A DNA stretch of 64,000 nucleotides from Massalongia carnosa. Its lineage: Eukaryota. Under the pieces are notes generated by a model. The model was not told the origin of the DNA. It ran no database searches and was given only the letters and a program-made list of their open reading frames with translations. The position numbers and the translations under genes were made by a program. Positions 48,829 to 60,814 of this stretch are shown piece by piece; positions within the stretch are counted from its first letter, which is position 1; every line of letters starts with the position of its first letter. The DNA lies in contig OZ287068.1 of NCBI GenBank assembly GCA_965645245.1, positions 2,852,001 to 2,916,000 of the forward strand. The letters run 5' to 3'.

Positions 48829-51800
48829 ATGACTTCTAAGGCCGAGGGATTTGCTGGAAGCCAACCTAAGTCTGAATCGGCGAGTAATGATCTAACACGT
48901 TCCACCCCCATTCAACGTTCGCCATCTCCGAAGCCTTCAGATCTCTTGAACGAGGATGATGAGGAAGATCACTACGGTAGTGAAGATGATGCAGTAATCG
49001 AAGAAGACTTCAATGAGAGGGTCCATGCTATCATTGAAGGCTTTGATACTCCATACAACCCTACAAACGAAGCACTACTGGCACTACCAACATATCATCC
49101 ATCATTCGCCAAAGTTAGAGGTGTGTGTGATGGCATAGTAGCCTTGGCGGCAGAGCTTTTGCAGGACCCTGAATTCAATGACGAGCAGATTCGTGAACAG
49201 CTGAAGTCTGCTCAATCTTTCAAGTATCCTCCTCCCCGAAGGATTGGCATAGTAGGCGAACCTGGTGCTGGTAATTTAGAGCAGTTAAAATACCTTTCTG
49301 CAGCTAACTCTCGAAAAGGCAAGAGCTCATTAATCAACTCGATCCTAGACACCCCTGAACTTGCCCTGGAGGTACCTATTATTCTCAGCTCTAATGCTTA
49401 ACATCTACTAAGTTTTGAAGGGATCGAGCGGAGATGCCTGCACCTCTGTCATCACAGAGTTTCAACAAGCTTGGCCTGGGCAGTTGACCCCGTTTAGAGC
49501 AGAGATTCAATTATTCGAGCCAGAGCAAATAGAAGGTTTGTTGAAGGAACATCATCGCGCATACTGTAATCACGTTTTCGGAGACAAAGATGGTTTCGAG
49601 CAAGATCTGCTCGATGAAATGGAGTTGAAAAGTAAAACAGCTCTTGAGGTGTTTCAGGCACTGTTTGCCGATCATCAAATATTTCGTAATGAAACGGCGG
49701 CAAATAGTTTCTTAGGTGGTAGCAAAAACACAACCGAAGAAGCTGATGTTATCAGCAAGCTTGTCAATTGGACCATTGAATTGGCCTCAAAGCACGACGC
49801 CCAAGATGCCTTAATCTATAAGGACGCCCACACTGCTGCAGACCTCGGGGTAATCATAGAGCCCTTTATAAAAACGACGACTCTTTCAGGGGAGGACGAT
49901 ATACCTTGCCCTTCGGTTTGGCCTATAGTTCAGATTGTAAAGTATGTGCAATAGAACCTTGATTGAGAAAGCCTACTTAACAAGCTGTCCAGGATCGGTC
50001 TTCAGTCGCGTTTGCTCAAACAAGGTCCAGTGATCGCAGATCTTCCTGGTGGGTTGCTCCCCTAGAGAGGACGTCCGCAAACTGAGATATTGCCTTTGTT
50101 TAGGACTGTCCGACATTAACAGGATCAGGAACAGAGCCACTAGAGGCTACATTCATAAATGCCATTTCCTATTTCTTGTTGCTCCGATAAATCGTGTGCA
50201 GACGGCCTTGTTCGTACATCAGCATTTGGTTCATTATTCAAGGCTTTTTAACGTTGGTAAAGTATTGATATGTACGAAAATAGATGTAGGTTGATCGAAC
50301 CCCCAATCTACATAATACTGACATGTAAGAAAATCCCACTCAAAACCAAGCCTCGAGATCTCTTAGCAACAGCTACATCCAAGGCGGAACATGATAAGTT
50401 GTTACTTGCGTATACCAGGGCAGGCGAGAAGAGAAGTCGACTCAAAGCCTTGGTAAAGCCACAAAAGGCCAAGCCAAACAGGACGCAATAAAAAAGATCC
50501 ATCAACTTGAGTTTGTCAATATGATCTATTTCTGTGAAGGCTACTAACATGCTCTTAGAGCTTGGAGAAAGGCATATAAATCTATGTAAAGTACACCCTG
50601 TTCATTTTAAACTCGCCTCTAGAACCTTTGAAATACTGACCAAAGCTTCCAGGAGATGGGAATCCCTTGTCAGGATGAGAAACCAAAAAGTGTGCAGCGA
50701 AATGCGCAAGAAGTACAAGTCGCTGACGACCGATAATACCCCCCTAAACGTGTGATGTGTGGCAAACTCGATATACAAACCCCACAAAGAAGGCTATGAT
50801 AACGATGATATTCCTTTTTCTTTGTCTACAACCGGAATTCCAGGCCTACGCTTCAATATGTTAAAATATCCAGCGAAAGCCAAACTTGATGCATTGAAGC
50901 AGTATTCTGCCGATATTGTACCATCCCTCGTTGATTCAATGAACTCTTGGGCTACTCAGTTCAAGATCCATCGTCGAAAGGAACTTCGGGACATCGTTGC
51001 TAGGCCACGCCAGGTATTACAGGTTCAGGTACTTAATCTTACCTATTTTTTGGCTGATGACGTGCAGAATGCAGAAGGTAAAATAGCTGCATATGTTGAA
51101 GAGTTGACCTCTTTTCTTGAGGAAGGTCTATTGCCAAAGATTAGTTTGTCTTTCACCTCTAGGAGACTTTGGAATCGAGCTAACCATCGCAAGGGCAACC
51201 CGAGCAGAGCTGGAGAAAGCATGGACAGGAAGCGTTTAGAGGTTGGAAAAAGGTGAGATATTTCGACTAATTCTAATCCGAAAATGGCTTATCCTTTGGA
51301 CAGTGGCACAGCTCTACATTTTCGGCATGGTGTCGACACGAAGGTAGCCACTCAACACGTCAAAAACCAAACTACAACTGGAACACTGAGCTGCTCGAGC
51401 CCGTGATTAAAGATCTCACCGAGGCTTGGAATTCTTTTGAAGAGAAAATTAACGAATCAAAGGAGAAGTGCTTCGCTGCACTTATCAGCTTGCTCGATGA
51501 TATCCGACAGGAATTAGCTGGTAAGCCACCAAGGCTCATATCACTCGGTTGTTTGGTCCTTATAATTGACTGCGTGGCAGCGGAGCCAGGCGTTGATGTA
51601 CTAGCAATGGCTCCTTTCTTGAAATCCTTAGCGCTAAAAAGATGCTCATCCGTAAACATCTCGAGAGTTTCTCCAGAAAAGTAGAGCGCGTCGCCAGGTA
51701 AGTGCACGATCTTCCTGCATCTATATTGATAGCTAAGAGTTCCAGCGAAGCGAAGCTTAAGGCGATTTCAGAGGATGACGACTCATTCCAGGTGAAGGCA

Positions 51801-52230
51801 ATTTCGCCTGTGTACTCCAAATGTGGCGCGTTCATCGGTTAGATAGTCTTTCGACCAAAAATGCGTTAAACCGAGCGTTTTTAACAGAATAATAGGCCTA
51901 CATTCGGCGGTGAAACGGACTACGCTACTCGAAGACTATATATCCAAAGGAGAGCCTTACAAATAAATCGGTCCTGGCGTACAAAAGTTTTGAACGCATG
52001 GTGTCACTCCGAGAAGATTGAATTTTTGCGCAGACGTAGAAGCAATATTTGACATGGTCCTTGCTGATTTTGATCGCAGCTTTGTTCTGCAAGAGACCCC
52101 GAATCCTAAACGAGACATTTTGGGTCACCAAATCAGAGAGTTTGTAGTTAACGCTAAAGCAACTCTTGATGGCCCGGTTGAGATGGAGTTTGCGCGGCAA
52201 CGAAGGATTCAGCCTGGTAGGTCTGGCTGA
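48829..52230 (+). pseudogene. Dynamin-like / SLIP-GC-like GTPase gene, multi-exon, with in-frame stops
   Basis: G1 GEPGAGKSSLINSIL, GDACTSVITEF, G3 DLPGLSD, G4 TKID. In-frame TGA at 50753 (PLNV*CVAN), plus TAA at 51964 and TGA at 51991 in the last exon. Confidence 0.75.
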
Positions 52231-53168
52231 ATTGCAGAGTGCGGCTTATCAATAGTCGTTGTCGCTTCACAGGCCTCACTTCTACTTGTGCTCTACCGTT
52301 AGCGGGCGATACCTCTGTTTACCGTGTCACCAAGACATTATGTTTTCACTTATCACTTGTCACGTTCGGAGGAGGATGGCTGATCGCTGGGGTCTTTCCG
52401 CTTGGCGTTGTCCGTTCAAGCTCTGCTTGACTCGCGAACGACCTTGAGAGTCCGTGTTGGCTTTTCCCTCCTCCATGTAGTGGGGAAAATCTCCGATAGC
52501 ATTCTTAGAAACGGACAAGAGCCAAAGCACTGTACATACTCCGTACACAGGGCCTTTAACCTCGAGGTCTAGTTTGACCCGTCACGAGTCCTTTCCCTAT
52601 TTGTCTAAAAGCCTGTAGATAACCCGTCCTGCCCGCGAAGGCGAGTCTGCTCATCTTCTTCTCTATTTCCTCCCCTGCAAGGTTTTGAACTCGGTGGCAG
52701 CGTCCCTCGGTATGTGTAAAATCCTACTCATTTCTCATGCGTCATCACTTTTCGATCCCTATATACTTCTGAATCACCGCACGTGGTTCATAGAAAATTC
52801 GCGTTTGGGGCATTTGGCGGGAGAGCTAGTGGTCACAGGAGTTTCCAATCAATTATGATCTACTTACTACCTATGGCATCAAGATGAAGTGCTTGGGAAA
52901 ATTCGTGTCTCGCTATGGAAAAGAGAGTGTCAGCTTTGCTGATTGGAAAGACCGCGTATTGCTCATGAAAAGGCAGGACTTATTACTGCAGGAACCCCTC
53001 CCCCCCAACCCATTAACTCTTGAACTGCTCTTTCCCTAACACCGAAAAAAAAAACAAGTCTAAGAATCGCAGAAAGCCGAAAACGTCGCTTCTCTTTCTC
53101 CCTCCTCCGAGCTAAAATCATACAACCCCTTCGCGCCTGAAAGTTACGATGAAACGAACCCTGGTATC

Positions 53169-53741
53169 TCAGCAGTTATACGTCAACCTCAACCCTGCTT
53201 GATTACTCTGGTCAAACGACACCGATCCGGCAGCGGTATAATCGCGCCCGATACTCAACCGATAAGTCAAGCGATCCGCACACACGAAAGAGTTTACCAC
53301 CCTCTTCGTCGGCTGCGACGGGTCGCTCTCGAACTGGACCGTCCCGACCTGGCTCACGGCGGCGGGGCTCTGATCCCACGAGACGACGATTCCGGAGCCC
53401 GGATAGCGCGGCAGAGGGTGATCGGTGCTGTAGACGTAGACTTGCGTTTGCCCGGACGAGGTGATGGGATACCCGGCTGGGAAATAGGTTTCGAGCTGGC
53501 AGCCGTGCACGCCAGCGGGGAGGTCGAATTCAATGAACACGTCTTGCTTGTTGGTCGCGCCGGCATCTTGACTGACGGTGAAGCCAGGGAGGTTGGTTTC
53601 ATGCGGCTGAGCTTGGGAGACGCGGCGGACGATGGGATAGGCGGTGGAGCAAGCCGGGGGTGGGGCTTGGGGGCTTGGGGCCGCGAGGACGGCGGCCGCG
53701 AGGAGGGTGGGGAGGAGAAGGATGGCGGCTGGGGAGAACAT
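53169..53741 (-). CDS. Secreted protein, But2 C-terminal-like / cell-wall protein, intronless
   Basis: Signal peptide; motifs FDLPAGVHGCQLETYFP, VGTVQF, VNSFVC and GLRLTYNC*. Confidence 0.75.
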   Translation of the reverse strand: MFSPAAILLLPTLLAAAVLAAPSPQAPPPACSTAYPIVRRVSQAQPHETNLPGFTVSQDAGATNKQDVFIEFDLPAGVHGCQLETYFPAGYPITSSGQTQVYVYSTDHPLPRYPGSGIVVSWDQSPAAVSQVGTVQFESDPSQPTKRVVNSFVCADRLTYRLSIGRDYTAAGSVSFDQSNQAGLRLTYNC

Positions 53742-54873
53742 GGTTTTTGGTTTTTGGTGTTGGAGAAAAGGGGATTGGTTCTTGGGATTTGACTTGGATG
53801 CTCGGCAGGAAAATTAGGCAGGAAGCGAATGTAGATAAGAATTATGGAAGACTAGTTATGAACTGGGTAATCTGTTGATCTGGAAGACAAAGATGCGGAT
53901 GAAGTGGGTAGATTAACAGACAGACACCAGCGCATCTTATATGTTTTACTTAGCCAGGTACCTACAAACATCCATCCTTCCTTCCTATCCCAAAATAGTG
54001 GACAGGATGCCAAGCGTTTGCATTTATCCATCGTCTCCTGACTTCGTATAAAGCGACCATGCCATACCTGCATACCTGCACACCTCACACCTACCTGCAC
54101 ACATACCCTTTGTTACGTTATTGCGCAACACCCGTATCGCCCTCCTTTCACCGCCTTAGTGAAAAACGTTCGGTCCATCCATGAGGCTCAATAATCGATC
54201 GATCCCTCAACTAGTCAGGCTAAGTAAGAAATTCAACCCCAAGGATCGTATAGACAGACAAAAATGAACAGCATGGATCATCTGATCCCCACCCCATCGT
54301 GGAGCAAAGAAATTGTCTGCAGCCCCGGAAATACAATGGATCCCAATGTCTCGGAAGGAATGCAAGAAATGCCAGGAACGTGTGTGCGCGAAAGAACGGG
54401 CGGTGGCTGTGTGTTGGGGAGGGGAAGGACGGGGGAATACGAGGAAAGCTGTCTTGGCCAAAGACAAGACCGATTTGTGTAGCGTGAGTATGGGGCTGAG
54501 TTGGAAGTCGTCTGATCGATAGCGTTATGATCGGGCCTGGTCAATGAGAAGGTAGCCAAGGCTGGAAGTAAGGTTTACGAGGTGAGTTTGGGGTGTTGAG
54601 GGAAGGTCTGATGATGCACAATGAAATGAAGCCTTGGGGGTTAAGGAATTCATGGAGCAATACTCTGTACTCTGTAGATAGTTGGGTATCCATTTTCTTG
54701 TACCAGCTGTTTTAGAGTGAAGCTGGTAAGCCGGATGGGATGAGAGACAAGATAGTTTGCCTTTAACCGAGGACGTGGGCCAAGTACGATCTTATGTTGG
54801 TCAGACCTACCGAGGTTTGCAATGAATCGCGTAACTAGTGATTTGGATACTTACATAAGCATGATGCAGGTTG

Positions 54874-56165
54874 GAAACAGGCAGACACCAAAATAAGCGA
54901 ATATCATCAAATTTGAACTTGCTACCATCTATAAAACAATTACCATCCAGTCATCTTGCCATTCATGTCTAAAACGTCATCTATTCTTTTAGGCATTGAT
55001 TTGATCCATTCATTGATCGTTTCCTGAGAAAGACTGACCCAACCCGCCTTAATTGCAGCTATTGTGATTTCATCATCCCAATGAGGTTGACGACCTACCC
55101 GTTGTTTGGGCAGCTGCCAGCAATTTTCGATAGGAGAAAGATCGGGAGAACGAGGGCAGTTGAAGTAGTATTTTAGCCCATGCTCGTCCTTCCATCTTCG
55201 TACAGTATTGTCCTTCCCCGATCCATATCCTGAATCGCCATCTTCTTCCAACACGAAATTCGGGTCTGTTTCGAGCCATGTTTTTACTACCGGTTCCAGA
55301 ATGAAGTCAATATACACCTTCTGACTCATATTCCCATTCGAATTGCTGGGAACCTCATAAAAAATCAGCTCTGATTTGAAGTTCCACCCCACAGCAGCCC
55401 AACAATGATATCGTTTCTGTTTTTTGTCCTTCTCTTTAGGCTCATGTTGTTCCTGAATGCAATCCTGACACGTACGCTCGCCAGGTTTTCGAATGATGCG
55501 TAGCCTTCGTTGAGGTCCTCGTCCGAAATGAACTTCATCGGAAAAGCAAACTCTTTTCCAATCATTCAACGAGTATGTGTTTCGTTTGTTCCAAGCCCAG
55601 TCCTTTCGTGCAATCATCAAATCTTTCGGGACGTAGGTTTTTATGCATGCGAGACATTTACGATAGTTTCGTTCATGCATCGCTCGTTGTATAGTCCGCC
55701 AGGAGACGGAGGAAGTCTCAGCAGCTGCATTCAGTTGATTCCAGGTCAGTGATCTTCCCTCCAAGCCCCAGGTTTGCAATATTTCATTCATACGATCTAT
55801 CTGCTTCTTTGACAATTTGCGAGGCTGATCACGAGTCTCCGATTTTTTTGTATGACCATGCCGTCGATTAGTTTCTTGATCGTTGAGTATTTCATAACCT
55901 CGAGTATGTCTCACGCCGAAAAACTCGAAAACCTCTCGCTTTGAACGCAAAATCCCTTTCGCCTGCAATAATTCAATAGTGCCCTGAACTTTCGCCTTGG
56001 TAGGAGTAGTATGCTCAGTATTTATAGTGATTCGTGACTCTAGAACAGGCTCCATTGCTTATAAAGAATTGATAAAGGTGTGTATGTACGATGTAAAAAT
56101 TAAAAAACTAAGGTGTGGGTGGTGCGGGGAAATTTTGGTGTCCGCCTGTTTCTGTCACTCGCGTG
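54874..56165 (-). mobile_element. Tc1-like DD37E transposon with intact transposase; one TIR lacks its outer 13 bp
   Basis: The end at 56165 reads CACGCGAGTGACAGAAACAGGCGGACACCAAAAT on the minus strand. The other end retains only GAAACAGGCAGACACCAAAAT (54874-54894). Confidence 0.9.
54940..56055 (-). CDS. Transposase, IS630/Tc1/mariner superfamily (DDE_3-like, DD37E), 371 aa, uninterrupted
   Basis: HTH-like N-terminus; FSDEVHF, VLEEDGDSGYG, SPDLSPIENCW, SMPKRI; 37 residues between the second D and E (counted by hand). Confidence 0.93.
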   Translation of the reverse strand: MEPVLESRITINTEHTTPTKAKVQGTIELLQAKGILRSKREVFEFFGVRHTRGYEILNDQETNRRHGHTKKSETRDQPRKLSKKQIDRMNEILQTWGLEGRSLTWNQLNAAAETSSVSWRTIQRAMHERNYRKCLACIKTYVPKDLMIARKDWAWNKRNTYSLNDWKRVCFSDEVHFGRGPQRRLRIIRKPGERTCQDCIQEQHEPKEKDKKQKRYHCWAAVGWNFKSELIFYEVPSNSNGNMSQKVYIDFILEPVVKTWLETDPNFVLEEDGDSGYGSGKDNTVRRWKDEHGLKYYFNCPRSPDLSPIENCWQLPKQRVGRQPHWDDEITIAAIKAGWVSLSQETINEWIKSMPKRIDDVLDMNGKMTGW

Positions 56166-57001
56166 CCAACGTACTGTGGTATGTCCGACCGCAAAACCTC
56201 GTATTATTGTCAGATATACGTAATGAATGACTGTAAAATTGTCATTTTTCGACGTTTTGACGTCAGACTTTCTGGGTTTATAAGAATCTAAATAGAATTG
56301 GTAAGAAAATATTTCTGCAGTTCTTGTTCTTTAAAAAGTTCATGTGAGATAGACTGATTGCACTTCACATAAAGATCGTACTCGAAGATAACGAAAATAA
56401 AATCACGTAAAATTGCTTTGCAGGTTATAAACACGGATAAACGCTAGACAAAATAAGCAATTGCGTGTTGATCATGATCATGATCATATCAGGCGAAGAC
56501 GCTGCTATGAACATGAAATTTTCACGTCATTAAGTGAGGTCGAAATCGTCGTTGTCTTGATCATAATCTTGAACTGTGCACTCAGATTGTGAAAAGCTGG
56601 GTAGCTAGCTTCTTAACCAAAAGGGACTTGGCCGTGCACGTCCAAGGTGCAGAGGCAAGATGTTGCTAGATTGGATTAACTATGTATAGAACTGTCGAAA
56701 CATACATTCATCGCTTGTTTGAGGCGTGATCTCCGCATCTTGATTTTTGTCTGATATCCAAAGTAACCACCATCATTGTAGGCCTCCGTTGTGACTGTTG
56801 TATAAACAGGTAGTTAGATAGTCTACATAGATAATTCAACTCAATGACAATCATGCCATGCCAATACGTGAATAATCATGCTTGGATTGTGCAAAGCTAC
56901 AGAAGCCGGCGTTTCCTACATAGAGTAGCAAACAACAAAGGTCGTCACGTCCCCCGAGATTATTGTTATTTCGTGAAGCTTTCTCTACAGTCATCACCAC
57001 A

Positions 57002-60000
57002 ATGGCTCCTTCTGATAGGGATATCCTGCCTAATAAGTAAGCATGTCGACTGTATCTACGCATGTTGTATGATGACTGAAGTTCTTTTTCTTAGCATTAA
57101 AGCGTTGAATTATGATATCTCCTTGTATGATCTTGAGCTTGGAGGCAAGTTCAGCTTTCAAGGCACGGTCAAGATTGAAGCAGAGATCACATCGCCCACG
57201 AATAGAATCACGCTCAACTCTATTGATCTTAAGATCCATGGGGCTGAGATATCTGGCGATGGCATCACCCGTAAGATCCAGTTTATGCAATGGTCAAGCG
57301 TTGACTGCATGGCTGACATTCATGCAGCCCAGATGGCATCAGATATTTCTTATCATGCCGAATCTCAACGCGTGACGTTCACGTTCCAAGAGGAATTGAT
57401 TCAGTCGAAGGCTGCCGTATTGCAGATCAAGTATTCAGGTATCATGAACAACACCATGGCTGGATTCTACAGATCAGGCTACAAGCCAGTGGTCAACCCT
57501 GCACCCTCTGTTCCCAAGGAGGGAGGCTATCATTATATGTTCAGCACCCAGTTCGAGTCAAGTGATGCTCGACGAGCATTTCCTTGCTTTGACGAGCCAA
57601 ATCTAAAGGCTACGTTCGATTTCAGCATTGAAATCCCCGAAGATCAGGTGGCGCTGAGCAACATGCCGGAAAGGGGGGTTCATCAAGGCAAAAACGGCCG
57701 CAAAGTGGTGTCCTTTCATCGAACGCCGTTGATGAGTACTTATGTAGGTTTTAATATCATTCGTTTACCTCCTCCAAATATTGAATATCCAGCTGCTGGA
57801 ATTTTTCATCATAATCCATCTTTGGACCCCTTTTCTAGTTTTAGTTCAAATGTTACATGCTCAGCTCTGATGTCTTGACATTAAATGATTCGTAGCTCCT
57901 GGCATGGGCCCTTGGCGATTTGGAGTATGTCGAAGATTTTACGCAAAGAAAGTACAACGGAAGGCGATTACCGGTGAGAGTATATACAACAAGAGGATTA
58001 AAAGAGCAGGGACGTTTTGGGCTCGAAAATGCCCATAAGGTGGTTGACTACTTCTCCGAGGTCGTGAAACCGAATTCCCCCTTGCAACCGATCATGCTAA
58101 CGAGGAAACCGAAATAGATATTTGGCATTGATTATCCATTGCCCAAAGTCGATCTACTGGCGGTCCACGAATTTGTGAGTCGGACCAAGAACCGCTATGA
58201 TCAAATGCATACTTGTTGTAACGACATCTAAGCCGATCATGTGTTATCCTAAGCTGTTTTTTGCAAAGTACGTTAAACTGACACGAGTCTTTCAGTCACA
58301 CAATGCAATGGAAAATTGGGGTCTTATAACATATCGAACCATCGCACTTCTTTATGACGAGGACTCCTCAGACGCCAGACACAAGAACTGGGTAGCCTAT
58401 GTAGTAGCACATGGCAAGTCCTAAGGTCTCCAATTCAGTGCAAATTTCTAACTACACTTCAGAGCTTGCTCATCAATGGTTTGGCAATCTCGTTACTATG
58501 GACTGGTGGAATGAACTGTGGCTTAACGAGGGATTTGCAACTTGGGTTGGCTGGCTAGCGGTCAACCGATTTCACCCAGACCAACTCGTTTGGAGCCAAT
58601 TTGTGGCAGAGGCTGTCCAAACAGCGTTCCAGCTAGATGCGTTACGGGCATCACATCCAATTGAGGTACCTGTCAAAGATGCCTTAGAGGTGGATCAGAT
58701 ATTCGACGCTATTAGCTATCTCAAAGGTAGCTCGGTTATCAGAATGCTTAGCAACCACTTGGGCGTGGAAGTTTTCCTCTCCGGAGTCTCTGGCTATTTG
58801 AAGAGGCATCAATATGGTAAGTTTGGGACTTAGTCTCAGGAGGTCGTTTACTTATTTGTCGACAGGGAATGCAACCACTAAAGACCTATGGGAGGCTTTA
58901 AGCAAGGCATCTGGCAAAGATGTGAATAAGTTCATGGTGAATTTCCTAGCCAAGAACGGTCCTAATATAAAAGCGTGGCTAAAAGAAACCAGGACCCATG
59001 GATCCGAGAAATCGGGTTTCCTGTTCTTACTGTTGCTGAAGAGCCTGGTCAGATTGCTGTTCGCCAGTCGCGGTTTCTCTCCACGGGCGACGTCAAAGCA
59101 GAAGAAGACAAAACCCTATGGTGGATTCCTTTGGGCTTAAAGACTGATGCCCAGGCCAAAGAAGAAGTCGTTGGAGCATTGACGACAAAGGAGGAGATAC
59201 TTCGTAACATCGACGAAACATTCTATAAGCTTAATACCGATCAGATAGGGTTCTATAGAACAAATTATCCACCGGGCCGATTGGCCAAGCTAGGTGCATC
59301 AAAAGATAGGCTTTCTATTGAGGATAGAATCGGGCTCGTGGGTGATGCTGCAGCGCTTGCTATTGCTGGTCATGCAACGACAGCATCACTCTTGACTTTC
59401 CTCGAAAATTTCAAAGATGAGATACATCATGCGTATGTCAAGAGTCAGTCTCTGTACAGGCCTTCACTAACAAGCAGCAGTGTATGGGTGCAGATCATTG
59501 GCACTTTGACTAATATTCGATCTGTCTTTGCCGAAAATGAGAGTGTCGCAAATGGGCTGAAAACGTTCACTTCAAGGCTTGTTGAGGCGGCAAACGAAAA
59601 GATTGGCTGGGAGTTTGGGCCAAACGATGACTACCTTACCGGCCAGGTTCGTGCCTTGCTCATCCGTACTGCGGGTGGCGCAGGACACAAAGGGTAAGTC
59701 GCTGATTGGGGTGTAGAGTGATGGAGACTGAAAAACCTCTATAGGACGGTTGACGAAGCCATACACCGATTCGAAGCATACGCATCGGGTGATACAAAAG
59801 CAATTCATCCTAGCCTGCGGTTGGCGGTTTACGATATCAATGTTCGTGAAGGAGGCAAACCAAAATATGAAGCAATTAAAGAAGAGTATAGCAAAAACAC
59901 TTCAATCGATGGCAAAGAGACCTGTTTGTACGCACTTGGCCGGGTCCAGACGGTCGACTTGGTTCGGGACTTCCTCACTTTTCAATTTTCCGATCAGGTC

Positions 60001-60336
60001 GCCATTCAGGATACGCACAGCGGCTCGATTGCTTTAGCAGCAAATCCAACAGCAAGAGGTGCTATGTGGGGGTGGATCAAAGAAAACTGGGAGACTGTGC
60101 ATAAGAAGCTCTCGGGTAATCCGGTCGTCATTGATCGCTATGTGAAGACAAGCCTTGAGAAATTCGCAAGCCATGAAGTGGAGAAAGACATCACCTCGTT
60201 TTTTGCTGACAAGAATACGAAAGGCTATGACCGAGGCCTTGTCCAGGTGTCTGACACTGTTCGCGCAAATGCAAATTACAAAGAACGTGATGAAAAGCTG
60301 ATTCTAGAATGGCTCAAGGCTCACGGGTACGTCTAA
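57002..60336 (+). CDS. APE2: M1 family zinc aminopeptidase (Ape2/Aap1-like), multi-exon
   Basis: [72 protein letters not shown]1-like C-terminus. Confidence 0.93.
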
Positions 60337-60814
60337 ATCTAGCGACATCGGCTTACGGGGAATATCAAGCAATGATGCTAAGGGATATTTGGAACGTGAA
60401 TGTGACATTTGAGTCGGCATGCCCTTAAAATAGACATGTATTTAAGCCAAAAGAGCTGCTGCCCTGCAGTGGTAGATATTTGATGGCAAACAAAACAATT
60501 ATGGCGCCTGTGACTCTATCACCACTACAAAGGATGATGATCATAAAGTAGAAGTGACATTTGTCACTCACACGGGGTCAGAGGTAGAGTATAAGGCGTA
60601 GCGCCTAAGCTAGAACACTTATGGAGTAGGTCCCCGTTTGTCACTAAGTAATAGGTACTCTTAAAGAAGTGACATCCTCGCTCCTATAGTAACCTAAAGC
60701 CCTCCTCTGTCAGCCATTCTCTGTCAGCGCATCTTCTCCTGGCTCAAGAGACTTTTTTATCTGACTGACAACTATTCCTCAACCCTTTCCGCCACTCGTT
60801 ATCGAATCGTCAAG

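Noticed and set aside
53199..53792. 197-aa antisense ORF
   Set aside because: Shadow of the GC-rich secreted-protein gene on the minus strand.
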